Positions 48,901 through 59,659 of a stretch of DNA of 64,000 nucleotides are shown here, piece by piece; the stretch's first letter is position 1; every line of letters starts with the position of its first letter. Source of the stretch: a virus (Duplodnaviria > Heunggongvirae > Uroviricota > Caudoviricetes); the IMG/VR virus record IMGVR_UViG_647533110_000001; one strand, 5' to 3'. The notes under the pieces were generated by a model. The model did no database searches and was not told the DNA's origin. It saw only the letters and a program-made list of their open reading frames with translations. A program made the translations under genes and the position numbers.

Positions 48901-49597
48901 CAAAAATAGGAATTAAAGTGATTTCTCATTTTTCTATTTGCACTCTGTTTCTTTCTTTTCGTTTGTTTGCTTTCAGAGTGCATTCCGAGCAATTTTATCT
49001 GCTCTCATCATTCGAAGAATTTGCTCCTAACTTTAACTAACAAATTATTTGCAGCTCATAAAGAGAATACAAATTATTATCTCTTGAAGTTGTATTGCTT
49101 GTAGCAAAGATAATCTTTTTTGTACAGGCAGCCAAAAATGCCTGCCTATATTTAGTTTAATTTAGTTTAGCATATATAAGGCTAACAAACTAAACCAAAC
49201 TGGATTTTCATGTTACTTTTTGTGATTTTCCCATTCTACCCATACAGCCAAAAGAGAAGATAAGCTCTTGCCTCTTTTCTCTTTTCGCTGCGATACTCTT
49301 TTACTTCATAGCCACCTTTTACACACATCCGTACCGAGCAAACTCCCACATGCTCGCATATCAACTTTCGGTCTGCCCGATGGGAATTGTGTCGCAAAGG
49401 TATTTGCCATGTCTTTATTGTATGCAAGGTTGTAACCTGAAGGTTCACTACAAAATCTCCACGCTCCGCTTCGCAGAGGTAGTATTTTGTAGTGAAACCC
49501 TGCATACATAGCCATGCCACCTGTTGAAGCGACATAATTTCAATCAAGCCCGAAAGTAAGTGAAATGCTACAGGAGGGAAAGTAACAAACTTAAAAC

Positions 49598-49909
49598 TTG
49601 GTATTTATGGCAAATTATGCAACCAACATTTTCCACGCAAGAACGGAAAATAAAACAGACCTCGACAAAATAGAGGCTTTCTTGGATGACACTTTCAGCG
49701 AATTTACCAATCGATATGGTGATAGTGTAGATGCAGAATTTTCCTCTCGTTGGGTGTATCCAGAAGAAGAAATCAAAAAATTGGTAGAATCGTTGGAGGA
49801 CAAAGATAAAGTCTATATCAAGATTCTAACCTATGAATTTGAAGACGAGTACGTGAGCTTTAGAATATTCTCTCAGGGAGAATGGAAGGTCAAATTAATA
49901 ACTGAATGA
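49598..49909 (+). CDS. hypothetical protein
   Basis: 103-aa ORF. Confidence 0.4.
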   Translation: MVFMANYATNIFHARTENKTDLDKIEAFLDDTFSEFTNRYGDSVDAEFSSRWVYPEEEIKKLVESLEDKDKVYIKILTYEFEDEYVSFRIFSQGEWKVKLITE

Positions 49910-50091
49910 GTAGAAGAAGATAAAGTAAAATTATGGTCTATCCTACACTTTGCTTATTCTATAAGAGACACACGGATGGAACGATTGTCGGTGATTTCGA
50001 CAACAAAATCACTGTTCGTTTCATCTGTGGCAAAGAGAGAGTATTAAATACTGTGATGAAGTAATTTTTACAATTTTACAACATAGAAACC

Positions 50092-50421
50092 ATGACACAG
50101 ATAGCAATGAAATTCGTCCAATGGGATGTGCCCGAATTGGAAAAACTGAAAGATAGCAAGGTTTACAAATTACGGGAACGTCTTGATAATGGCGACAAGT
50201 TGAGTCGGGAAGAAAAGAACTGGCTCACCCGCAATGTGAAAGAGTGCTGCCATTTCAAAAGAGGTATCGCTTTAATGGGCTACCGTTTTGACTTCTCCGA
50301 TGTTCTCAAACGGTATTTCGTGAAACAACACGGACATATTGCCGAATATTATACCATTGACAAAACCGCACTACGTTCTGTCCTATATGGTCGAATTGAA
50401 GATATAATCGAAGTACAATAA
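50092..50421 (+). CDS. hypothetical protein
   Basis: 109-aa ORF. Confidence 0.45.
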   Translation: MTQIAMKFVQWDVPELEKLKDSKVYKLRERLDNGDKLSREEKNWLTRNVKECCHFKRGIALMGYRFDFSDVLKRYFVKQHGHIAEYYTIDKTALRSVLYGRIEDIIEVQ

Positions 50422-50435
50422 AAATCAAAAGAAGC

Positions 50436-50789
50436 ATGAAAGTAACAATTGAACACAGCTTTTGCCCCTATTGTGACGAGGTAACTGAACTTTATTTCCG
50501 AATCATTAACACGATTCTTTTTTCTGGCAATGAGGCGGAATTGCGTGAAAGCATGAGACAGTTGGAGAAAAAAACTCCACTTGATGAATATTTCACATAC
50601 GGTTACGGTGCACGACACCTTTGGGTTTGCCAGCGACGTCCCAGCGACAAAACCAAAATATTCGAGCATGATTCCACCTCCCTTTATAGTTCACCTTCCT
50701 CCGATATAGTACGGGCAATCCGTTCCGGTTGTCCGTTACCCTGTTTTAACACCCCTGTTTTACAGTTTTATTCATCCCTTTCTATTTGA
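50436..50789 (+). CDS. hypothetical protein; C-terminus runs into direct repeat copy 1
   Basis: N-terminal CPYCDE zinc-ribbon-like. Confidence 0.4.
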   Translation: MKVTIEHSFCPYCDEVTELYFRIINTILFSGNEAELRESMRQLEKKTPLDEYFTYGYGARHLWVCQRRPSDKTKIFEHDSTSLYSSPSSDIVRAIRSGCPLPCFNTPVLQFYSSLSI

Positions 50790-51030
50790 TTGTCATTTAT
50801 TATCGTTTCGCTGCTGCCGTGCGACCTCTCGTGGACTTATTTTCCCGCAAAGGTAATAGGCTGCTCCAATCTTGCCAATGCCGGCGTTCCGCCGCGAGTG
50901 AGCCGCAAAAATCTTCCTCTCCGTCTGTCGAGCGTATTTTCCCGCATCAGCCTTGTCAGATTGTTTCCGCCACCTTTTGGAGGCAGAAAAATAAATCCCA
51001 AAGGTCGCAAACAGGTTGAACAAAGGGAAA
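50670..51030. repeat. direct repeat copy 1 (~360 bp), about 97% identical to 53588..53955
   Basis: aligned by eye; identical except for a handful of substitutions and one 1-nt indel. Confidence 0.9.
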
Positions 51031-51058
51031 TAGTAACAATAAAAACAAAAATAACATT

Positions 51059-51280
51059 ATGAAAACAGAGATTAGGCAGAATGGCAAAGTGATACTATCG
51101 AGTACAGACGATATATCCATTCCGATGATTTTCAAAAACTTATGTGGTAAGAACTTTTCTGGAAACGACTATCAAAACTATCTCAGAACAGTTTGTCAGG
51201 ATATTGGTGTTACGACGGGGGCGATTGAGTATTATGCCGACAACGTTTTGATTGAGAAAGCAACTATTCCTGAATTTTAA
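51059..51280 (+). CDS. hypothetical protein
   Basis: 73-aa ORF, first gene after repeat copy 1. Confidence 0.4.
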   Translation: MKTEIRQNGKVILSSTDDISIPMIFKNLCGKNFSGNDYQNYLRTVCQDIGVTTGAIEYYADNVLIEKATIPEF

Positions 51281-51292
51281 AAACTATATACA

Positions 51293-51865
51293 ATGAAAAG
51301 GAAAGAGAAAGCAGCAGTAGATGAATTTGTTGCCCTTGTAGGAGGCAAGACATGGGAGCCTGTACGCCATAAATGTATGGGTAAATGGAGTGGTATGACC
51401 GATTACGGTTTTGTCATAGACGGACGGATAACGCTCTTTGTTTCCAATAGTATGGCATACTTTAAGAAACGGATTCGTGAGTGGATTAAGTCGATACATA
51501 CTTTTGAAGCGAAGAAAGATTGCTACCTTCGCTTGCTACGTGAACAAATTGAAAAGGACAACGACAAGGCAAAGGACGAAAAGTTAAATCCTGTCAGACT
51601 GATAGACATTGGCATCTTATCCCCCGAAAGCAATAGCCCGTTTGATTTTTTTACCCCTTATGTGTTAGTCGAAATAAACGGCAGGCGGTTCAAGCATCAA
51701 ACAGCGGAGTTAAGTTGCGCTATTATGGTGGATAGTTTGGCAGGATACCTTGAAGAATGCAACTGCAAGGATATATACACGGCAAGGGCAGTGCGTACAC
51801 CTGACTACATTTTTTGCGGTGTGCGGTTTGACTCCCGTGATAATATGTATAAGATTGGAAAGTAG
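51293..51865 (+). CDS. hypothetical protein
   Basis: 190-aa ORF. Confidence 0.5.
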   Translation: MKRKEKAAVDEFVALVGGKTWEPVRHKCMGKWSGMTDYGFVIDGRITLFVSNSMAYFKKRIREWIKSIHTFEAKKDCYLRLLREQIEKDNDKAKDEKLNPVRLIDIGILSPESNSPFDFFTPYVLVEINGRRFKHQTAELSCAIMVDSLAGYLEECNCKDIYTARAVRTPDYIFCGVRFDSRDNMYKIGK

Positions 51866-52004
51866 AGATTAATGATGTCTGAAGAAGTTATCACTTACAA
51901 CGATAACTCCAGTCGTTTTAAAGGACGGCATCAGCATTTGACCTACTAAATACATAAGTTCCCAATTTACGATTGGAGACTTATGTATTTTTCTGTATGG
52001 AAAA

Positions 52005-52358
52005 CTAATCAAATAATCGCTGACTTATCATCCAGTCATTAAGCACGTCCGGATCTACACGATTTGTAAGATTCACATTTTTACTCAAACAACCGATTTT
52101 CTCACCTCTTAAATAAATAACTGGTGGGGTTAATGTATTCGGATTGTATGGACTTAACGATGAACTGGGACTTCCATATATGGAATACCGATTCTTGAAA
52201 GATATACTTGAAAAGTGACTACCGTATATATTCTCGTTGTTGGATATGGAATCAGGAGTAGATGTGTTCAACGACAATCTGCCTAAATACAAACCGTCAT
52301 TTGCCAATAGAAACGATTCTTTCCTTGAAATTCTGGTATCTAAACCTATTCTATCCAT
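52005..52358 (-). CDS. hypothetical protein
   Basis: 117-aa ORF. Confidence 0.4.
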   Translation of the reverse strand: MDRIGLDTRISRKESFLLANDGLYLGRLSLNTSTPDSISNNENIYGSHFSSISFKNRYSIYGSPSSSLSPYNPNTLTPPVIYLRGEKIGCLSKNVNLTNRVDPDVLNDWMISQRLFD

Positions 52359-52377
52359 GCCCTATGATTTAACGCCA

Positions 52378-52863
52378 TTATTTAATAATGCCATAACGTC
52401 TTTTAGTTGCATTATCGAACACCTCTGTCTCTCTTAGAAACTGCATTACCCGTTCCCTGTCTTCGGAAATCAGGCAACCTTTCAGTTTACCGTTCTTTTC
52501 CGTGATTTTTAATTTTGAAAGTTCGAATATATCGGAACAATCCAGCCAACTGTCATAGTCCAGAATATCACGATAGTTCCGAACCATCAAAGGATATTGG
52601 CAGTCCAGTAGCTCTTCCGACCTCTTGGAAGAATCTATTTCCGAATTTATCAGTAAGGCACCGATAGCGACACCTTCCGGAGTAAAGCCGATAATAACAA
52701 TATATTTATTGCGGTCTTTATATCCGTCTTTTAGTATCAGTCCGTCCTCTTCGTCCAAGGGGACATAAATAATGTCACCAATTTTGACTGATGACATATC
52801 TACTTGCTCAGCTTTGGCCATTATAGCTTTCAGCCTTTCCAATGCACCGGTTTTGTCGTCCAT
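52378..52863 (-). CDS. candidate toxin partner of Panacea-domain protein
   Basis: 161 aa, starts 6 bp after the Panacea gene stop on the same strand. Confidence 0.45.
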   Translation of the reverse strand: MDDKTGALERLKAIMAKAEQVDMSSVKIGDIIYVPLDEEDGLILKDGYKDRNKYIVIIGFTPEGVAIGALLINSEIDSSKRSEELLDCQYPLMVRNYRDILDYDSWLDCSDIFELSKLKITEKNGKLKGCLISEDRERVMQFLRETEVFDNATKRRYGIIK

Positions 52864-52868
52864 TTGAT

Positions 52869-53459
52869 TTAAGATAAAGCGTTCTTGACAATCTGCTTTT
52901 CTCGGATATAATCTACCATGTCCTCGGTAGCTTTTCCTGCCCGGGCTATATCTATAATGGTAATGAAGTTCTTTTGAGGATCATCCTGAATGCGTGTCAT
53001 CGCCTCTTCCCATGCCGAGTCATGCGACAAATCGGACAAGTCATAAGGGTCTGTATCCTTATATTTAGCGATAGCAGCGTCAAGACAACGTTTGTTGGCA
53101 CCTGATATATAGTCCATATCGGGTACGGCAGAAGTATATACCTTCTTGTCACGAACCTCTATGTCTGAAAGGAACTCGTCAAAATTCCCGTCCAAGGGTT
53201 TGCCTTCTGCAATTTGCAGTGCCTTGTAGGTATAGGCTGGCACCGGGCCATGCTTCAATGCTCTGAAAGAGTCTTCGACAATCACTTTGCCATATTTGAC
53301 AAGATGGTCCTGTTGGGCAAAATAAAGTATTTTAAATAACTTTATATAGTCCACTCCTTGAGTGAAACTCTGCATGATGTAGAGTACCACTGCTCTTATT
53401 TTAGCAATCTGTATAGCTGTTTTCATTTCAAAAAAATCTATGCGATTACAAAGATACAA
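52869..53459 (-). CDS. Panacea-domain (DUF4065) protein, putative antitoxin
   Basis: KLFKILYFAQQDHLVKYGKVIVEDSFRALKHGPVPAYTY matches the Panacea core KLxKLLYFA...AW.YGPV. Confidence 0.55.
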   Translation of the reverse strand: MYLCNRIDFFEMKTAIQIAKIRAVVLYIMQSFTQGVDYIKLFKILYFAQQDHLVKYGKVIVEDSFRALKHGPVPAYTYKALQIAEGKPLDGNFDEFLSDIEVRDKKVYTSAVPDMDYISGANKRCLDAAIAKYKDTDPYDLSDLSHDSAWEEAMTRIQDDPQKNFITIIDIARAGKATEDMVDYIREKQIVKNALS

Positions 53460-53587
53460 CTAATTTGCTGAATAATACGCTCATGATACAAAAAAAATAG
53501 TCCGTTGCATTTTTTTACGACATTTAATATAGTCGTCATTCTGAGAGTAATAGTCTGCAATTATCAAGAGATGGGCCAATCCACCCG

Positions 53588-53955
53588 ATTCCACCTCCCT
53601 TTATAGTTCACCTTCCTCCGATTATAGTACGGGCAATCCGTTCCGATTGTCCATTACCCTGTTTTAACACCCCTGTTTTACAGTTTTATTCATCCCTTTC
53701 TATTTGATTGTCATTTATTATCGTTTTGCTGCTGCCGTGCGACCTCTCGTGGACTTATTTTCCCGCAAAGGTAATAGGCTGCTCCAATCTTGCCAATGCC
53801 GGCGTTCCGCTGCGAGTGAGCCGTAAAAATCTTCCTCTCCGTCTGTCGAGCGTATTTTTCCGCATCAGCCTTGTCAGATTGTTTCCGCCACCTTTTGGAG
53901 GCAGAAAAATAAATCCCAAAGGTCGCAAACAGGCCGAAAAAAGGGAAAAAAAGAA
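53588..53955. repeat. direct repeat copy 2 (~360 bp), leader of the methylase-helicase gene
   Basis: same sequence as 50670..51030; ends just before ATG 53966. Confidence 0.9.
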
Positions 53956-53965
53956 AGGTTAAATT

Positions 53966-56900
53966 ATGAGTTACAACAAATTGAAATCATTGGTAGCGAA
54001 CGTGGAAGCCATAGAAACGGCAATGAAAATCCAAGTTCAAGGCAGGCAGGCCACTGCGGAAGAAAAAGAAATTTTATCCCGATATTCTGGTTTCGGGGGT
54101 ATCAAAGAAGTGTTGAATATAGGTACGGACAAGCCCATAGGTGGTGATATGCAAGAACCGATACAAAGATTGCAGGAGTTAATCAATGCTTACCCTCATT
54201 TCACAGAACCCATGCGACACAATGTCATAGAGGGTATCAAAGCATCTGTACTGACAGCATTTTACACTCCTAAATTCCTTGTTGATGCAGTGGTGCGGCA
54301 GATACACGCCACGTTCAGCGAAAACGGCCTCAAAATGCGTTCATTTCTCGAACCGAGTGCAGGTATAGGCGGTTTTCTGCCCATAGCCATGTCCGGCACG
54401 TATGGCTATGCCATTGAGAAAGATCTCATTTCGGGGATGATACTTTCCCTGCTCCATGAGAACACGCTAACACGGACGGCTGCATTTGAAACCATTGGAG
54501 AACAAGGTTTTGAGCATACAACTTTCGATGTCATAGCCTCCAACATCCCGTTTGGCAATTTCCGGGTATTCGATGCGGAGCTGTGGAAGAAAGGCGGTAT
54601 GTACGAACAGGCCACCAAGACCATACACAACTACTTTTTTGTCAAAGCGATGGAGTTGTTGAATGAGGGTGGATTATTGGCTTTCATCACATCGAGGGGC
54701 ATAGCCGACACGCCCGGTAACAAGTTCGTGCGTGAATATCTTGTAAATCATGCAGACCTGATAAGTGCAATCCGTCTGCCCGATATGCTTTTCATGCAGA
54801 CAAGCGGTATAGAGGTAGGCAGTGACCTGCTGATATTCCAAAAGCACACGCACAAGACGGTACTCTCACAACGGGAACAACTGTTTTTACAAGTAGGCAG
54901 GGAAAAGGCGGACGCCATAGGCACAATGACCGAATACGCCAACAAATTGTTTACCATGCCGAAAACTACCCTTGCAACAGGTAGCCGCATTGTACAGAAC
55001 CAATACGGAAAATATGTGCGCAAATACCAATGGCAGGGAAATGAAAATGCCATGTCGCAATATCTCGCCGCACTGCTGAAACTCGACTTTGGCCGATATT
55101 TCCGCAAAAGTCTTTTCACTGGGAACGGACAGGGCAGCGAACATATGCAAATGTCCCTTTTCGGGAATGTAGCGATGAAACAAGTAGAAAAAGGTAAACG
55201 AGCCTACACGGATGGGGTGGAAGCATGGATGAAAGACGGCGCAATGGTACTGTTTGAGGGCCAGGTGGGTACTATCCAATATCGAAAATCAAGTCTTTAT
55301 CAAGAGGTAGCCATTGATTTTGTGCCGGTGGACGAGGGTAAGGTCAATACAGATAGGGCGAAAGACTATTTTCCTATACGCAAAGCATACTTTGAACTGT
55401 CAATCAAAGAAAGGGAAGAACAAAAAGAGGATAACGGGTTGCGTAGAGAGTTGAACGCCCGATACGATGCCTTTGTTGCCAAATGGGGCTGTTTCCACGA
55501 GAACGACAACAAGGAGTTTATCATGCTTGACAGCCTCGGTGTGGAAGTCTTTACAATAGAAATGCAGCTTGGAAAGGATTTAGTCAAGTCCGATATCATG
55601 CGTGAACCTGTGGCGTTCAAGAAGATAGACTCGAACAAAAGGCTGACACCGATTGAAGCGTTGGCAAGCAGCTTGAATTTCTACGGCAGGGTTGATATGG
55701 ACTACCTGATGCAGTCCACGGACAGCACCGAGGAAGAAATCATCGGCGACCTCAAAGGTGAGATATTTTACAATCCTGCTATTGGGGAGTGGGAGCACAA
55801 AGGCAAGTTCCTTTCAGGCAATGTCATAACCAAATGCAAGGAGATAGGTTCTTACTTGTCCGAACTCACGGACAGGGAAAAAGATTGGACGGAAACTGCT
55901 GTAAGGGCTTTGGTGGATGCGACACCCGAAGCGATACCCTACGAGGAACTCGACATTAACATGGGTGAGCGTTGGATTGACACAAAGTTATACGCCGATT
56001 TTGCAACTGAACTTTTCAAGGTAGAGACAAGTGTAATGTATTTCGATGTGAACGACACCTACATGGTACGTCTGCAAAGTTACTCTCCGGTGGCTTACAA
56101 CACCTATTTCGTCCGCAACTATAATGGTGAGGATTTGTTTGTTCATGCCCTGCATGATACTGTACCCGAAATTACGAAAAAGATATACCGCAATGGTGAT
56201 AAGGTGCGTGTGCCGGACGAGGAAGCCATACAAGAGGCAGCCACCAAGATACAGGAGATTAGAGACCGTTTCAACTGCTGGCTTGACAGGCAGCCGATAG
56301 AGGTTCGGGACGAGCTGGTAAGGGTATATAACGAGCGTTTCAACTGCTATGTTAGGCCGCACTATGACGGTTCGGCACAAACCTTTCCGCAGCTCTCTTT
56401 TGAGCAATTTCCATACGATAGCCTCTATCCCTCACAGAAAGATGCTATCTGGATGATTAAGCAGAACGGAGGCGGTATCTGTTGGCATGAGGTAGGCACA
56501 GGCAAGACGATGATAATGTGTGTTGCCGCTTACGAAATGAAACGTCTCGGACTGGCACACAAGCCGCTTATTATCGGGCTGAAAGCCAATGTACACGAAA
56601 TCGCCGATACGTTCCGTAAGGCATACCCTACGGCCAAAGTTCTCTATCCGGGCAAGGACGATTTTACCGCTGCCAACAGGCAAGAGGTCTTTTTAAAAAT
56701 CAAGAACAACAACTGGGACTGCATCATACTCACGCACGACCAGTTCGCCAAGATACCGCAGTCAGAAGAGACCATGATAGATATATTCACGGAAGAGCTT
56801 GCCGATGTGGAACGTAACCTTGAATTTTTGGAGCAGTCCACTATGCGTTACCGTAGCGGAAAGATGCAGGAGGGGTTAGAAAAGCGCAAACAGAACCTTG

Positions 56901-57082
56901 GGGCTAAATTACAAGAACTGCGTATGAAAATCAATAATCGGAAAGACGATGCTGTGGACTTCCACACAATGGGAATAGACCATATTTTTGTAGATGAATC
57001 GCATTATCAGAACTTTTTTGAAAATTCGGCTTTTGTTGGTAAGATGTTAGTGTATAATATGTTACAATATTATATTTTCTGA
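53966..57082 (+). pseudogene. N6-DNA methylase/SNF2-helicase fusion gene, 5' part, interrupted by an insertion at ~57010
   Basis: MTase motif VIASNIPFGNF, helicase Walker A HEVGTGKTM and DESH; frame leaves homology right after DESH and stops; continuation resumes at 62994. Confidence 0.7.
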
Positions 57083-57418
57083 TTAATATCTATAGTAGGT
57101 TTGCAGAAGAAATTTAATTTGTTATTTTGGAAAGTACAGAGATTTACAATTCTATTATAAAATGGGGCTTTAATGCTTATCTATTGAATCATAAAAGCAT
57201 TTCCTCTAAAAGACAAAGGTAAGATAAATGCAATATCAAATTCAATAATCCCAACTTATGCTTGCATATTCCAAAGCATAAAACATACACTATGCTGATA
57301 GAAGGAATAAATAGTTCTTTCCACCAACTATTAATAGCAATCATCAATAAGACCTTAGGTTAAGAAAACAACTTAACAAAAAAACGAAATCAGCAATATT
57401 ATCTCAATCTATTTGTTT

Positions 57419-57979
57419 TTAGTGAACGATTAGATCTTTTGGAACAATTGCATCAATTTCATCTTCTTCTGTTGTTGATTCCTTGTTTGTTCTCAACGCT
57501 TTCTCAGCTCGTTTTACAGCAGCAGGAAAAGTATGAGGTGCTTTAATATACAGCAAATCTTCTTCCTCTCGTAATTCATTTCTTTTATCTACAATTTCAT
57601 TATCATTCAACAATCCGGCTAAAATATCTGTCATTAGAGATTCGTACTTATTCCTTAGGTCATGTAATTTTGCTGCAAAATTTTTGTTTAATTTAGCCTT
57701 TTCTTCAAGTTGTCCATCTTTATAGCGCACTGTAAAATAAGACAAAAGTATTGCTAAGAAAGCTGTAATTGATCCTGATATTTGAGGCTCGATAAAAGAT
57801 AATATGGAACTCAAAGCACCACCTGTCGTAAGGACAGACAACCAGCATGTAATATTTTTCACGCATCGATCTTTTTCAAGATATATATCCCCTTGAATCT
57901 CTTGAATTTTGTGTGACCACGTTACTTTAACATAACGTCCTTCTATACATTTATATAACAAACGAGTTGATTCATTCAT
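57419..57979 (-). CDS. 2-TM protein, candidate SLATT-like effector
   Basis: two adjacent TM helices (ITCWLSVLTTGGALSSIL / ITAFLAILLSYFTV) then charged helical tail; overlaps upstream gene stop. Confidence 0.45.
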   Translation of the reverse strand: MNESTRLLYKCIEGRYVKVTWSHKIQEIQGDIYLEKDRCVKNITCWLSVLTTGGALSSILSFIEPQISGSITAFLAILLSYFTVRYKDGQLEEKAKLNKNFAAKLHDLRNKYESLMTDILAGLLNDNEIVDKRNELREEEDLLYIKAPHTFPAAVKRAEKALRTNKESTTEEDEIDAIVPKDLIVH

Positions 57980-58571
57980 GATTTAATAATCTTTTTATTA
58001 GCATTCGTCTTAGTGGCTCAGACTTCAGATAGTTTCGGAGCTTAGACTTTGCAATTCCTATACCCAACTTTGACTTATACATTTTTCTGATACTTTCTAT
58101 GTCACCAATCTCAATGTAATATTCTATTCTTGCATCATCACCATGCCGTTCGGCAGGCCATGGTGCTTCATTATACCTCTCATAGTAGGCTACCCAATAG
58201 AAGAAAGAACTGAGATTTGAGACAAAACTTTGTAACTGAAATCCATGTGGATAATACTCTGAAAATTTTTCAGGTAGCCCCAGACACAAAGTTCCATCTA
58301 CATTGATATGCAAATCCCCATGAAAAATTTGTTTCCTTTGGGCAATCTTCTTTATCTTGTTATCAGGATTATAAACTATAGGATACTCATTCCTGTTTTT
58401 CATTCGCCACAGTCGTACCTCTATTTCAAAAGTTGCCTTAATAATAGGTTTACTTTCATAACGATGATTAATAAAGAAAGGTCCATGTATTATGGACTTT
58501 TCTTTATCATATGTGAGCATTGGATAATTATCCCTTAGCCAATTCTGTTCTTCTTCGTTGAGCCGAACCAT
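57972..58571 (-). CDS. hypothetical protein in NTase operon
   Basis: 199 aa, overlaps both neighbours. Confidence 0.45.
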   Translation of the reverse strand: MVRLNEEEQNWLRDNYPMLTYDKEKSIIHGPFFINHRYESKPIIKATFEIEVRLWRMKNRNEYPIVYNPDNKIKKIAQRKQIFHGDLHINVDGTLCLGLPEKFSEYYPHGFQLQSFVSNLSSFFYWVAYYERYNEAPWPAERHGDDARIEYYIEIGDIESIRKMYKSKLGIGIAKSKLRNYLKSEPLRRMLIKRLLNHE

Positions 58572-59476
58572 GGACGACTTGGATTTTGTTGAATATATAC
58601 TCCTTGATTTTCTCGTTTTGAATTCTCTTTCGTTTTAGGGAACTCTTCTCCAAAAATTTTAATCCATTCTTCTGATGCCTCCATAGGCTTATCGTTATCA
58701 TTGTATTCTAAAGCCTTTTGGGCACGATTAAATGCTTTGTCAATATAAGATTTAATACAATCATTACATCTTGAACGCATATAATCAAAAAAGTCGAATA
58801 CAATTTTATCGTATCCTATATTATTTGCTCCAGACGCATAGTTGGCATCCAAAAATGCTATTATATCATCCATCCTCTCACAAGATTTATAACTCATTGA
58901 AGGAGTATTGTGCGCCCACGCTTTAAGCATCTTGGCTAAATCACGCGTAAGACCAGAAGTTGCTTTATTGGATTCGTTAAACTTGTCTATTTCCATTCTA
59001 GGATCAAAATAATCCCACGAGCCACCATTCTCTGAGTTAGGAATAAGAAATGTCCCATCTTCTTTTTCCAAAGCAGGAAGAAGCTCTACATTATGATGGT
59101 TTTCTGCGAATTGCACGAGAACTACTTTACCCCAAGCTTTGATTTTGTCCGTAGTGGTATATTTCTCTTTTAACACGTCTTTTATTTCTTGAAGCAAAGC
59201 GCATTGTCCGTTACTCTTATAGCCATCATATTTTTTAAAAGTATCTTCAGGTATCTTGAATAGGACATCAATATCCTGTTCTTCTGTAAATGGCCGTACA
59301 TTTGTTTTGGTTTTATATGAACCAAATAGATACTTTTTACTACTATCATAAGCTCCTTCTCCATAGTAGAATTTGTAAAGCTTTTCACATACACCAGTAT
59401 ACTTTGTCTGTGCATCTTCTTGTTGACCAGATGTCAACGTGATGTTCGATAAAAAATCTTTGAATGAATTTTCCAT
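58535..59476 (-). CDS. SMODS/CD-NTase-like nucleotidyltransferase
   Basis: pol-beta NTase signature FGSYKTKTNVRPFTEEQDIDVLF (GS..x..DxD); 313 aa, the size of CBASS cyclases / SMODS. Confidence 0.55.
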   Translation of the reverse strand: MENSFKDFLSNITLTSGQQEDAQTKYTGVCEKLYKFYYGEGAYDSSKKYLFGSYKTKTNVRPFTEEQDIDVLFKIPEDTFKKYDGYKSNGQCALLQEIKDVLKEKYTTTDKIKAWGKVVLVQFAENHHNVELLPALEKEDGTFLIPNSENGGSWDYFDPRMEIDKFNESNKATSGLTRDLAKMLKAWAHNTPSMSYKSCERMDDIIAFLDANYASGANNIGYDKIVFDFFDYMRSRCNDCIKSYIDKAFNRAQKALEYNDNDKPMEASEEWIKIFGEEFPKTKENSKRENQGVYIQQNPSRPWFGSTKKNRIG

Positions 59477-59659
59477 TAAGAATCGTTTTTAATTTTATTA
59501 AAAAATAGCAAATTTCGTGCCAACACATTAACATATTTAGAATTTCAGACATAAGAAAGGACTCTTTGTCTGATTGGCACAATTTAGTTGGAATATCAGA
59601 CAAAGTGTCCTCATAGGTTAGGGAAATATGCCAACTAAGAATATTTAAAAGTATAAGAA

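Noticed and set aside
49236-49547. 103-aa minus ORF next to the IS66 end
   Set aside because: It is an isolated ORF with no context support. It may be a remnant or part of the IS flank.
50790-51062. 90-aa ORFs (and the 53708..53962 copy) inside the 360-bp direct repeats
   Set aside because: These are low-complexity P/R/S-rich translations of what looks like a conserved leader or regulatory DNA segment, with an equally long antisense ORF; probably non-coding.
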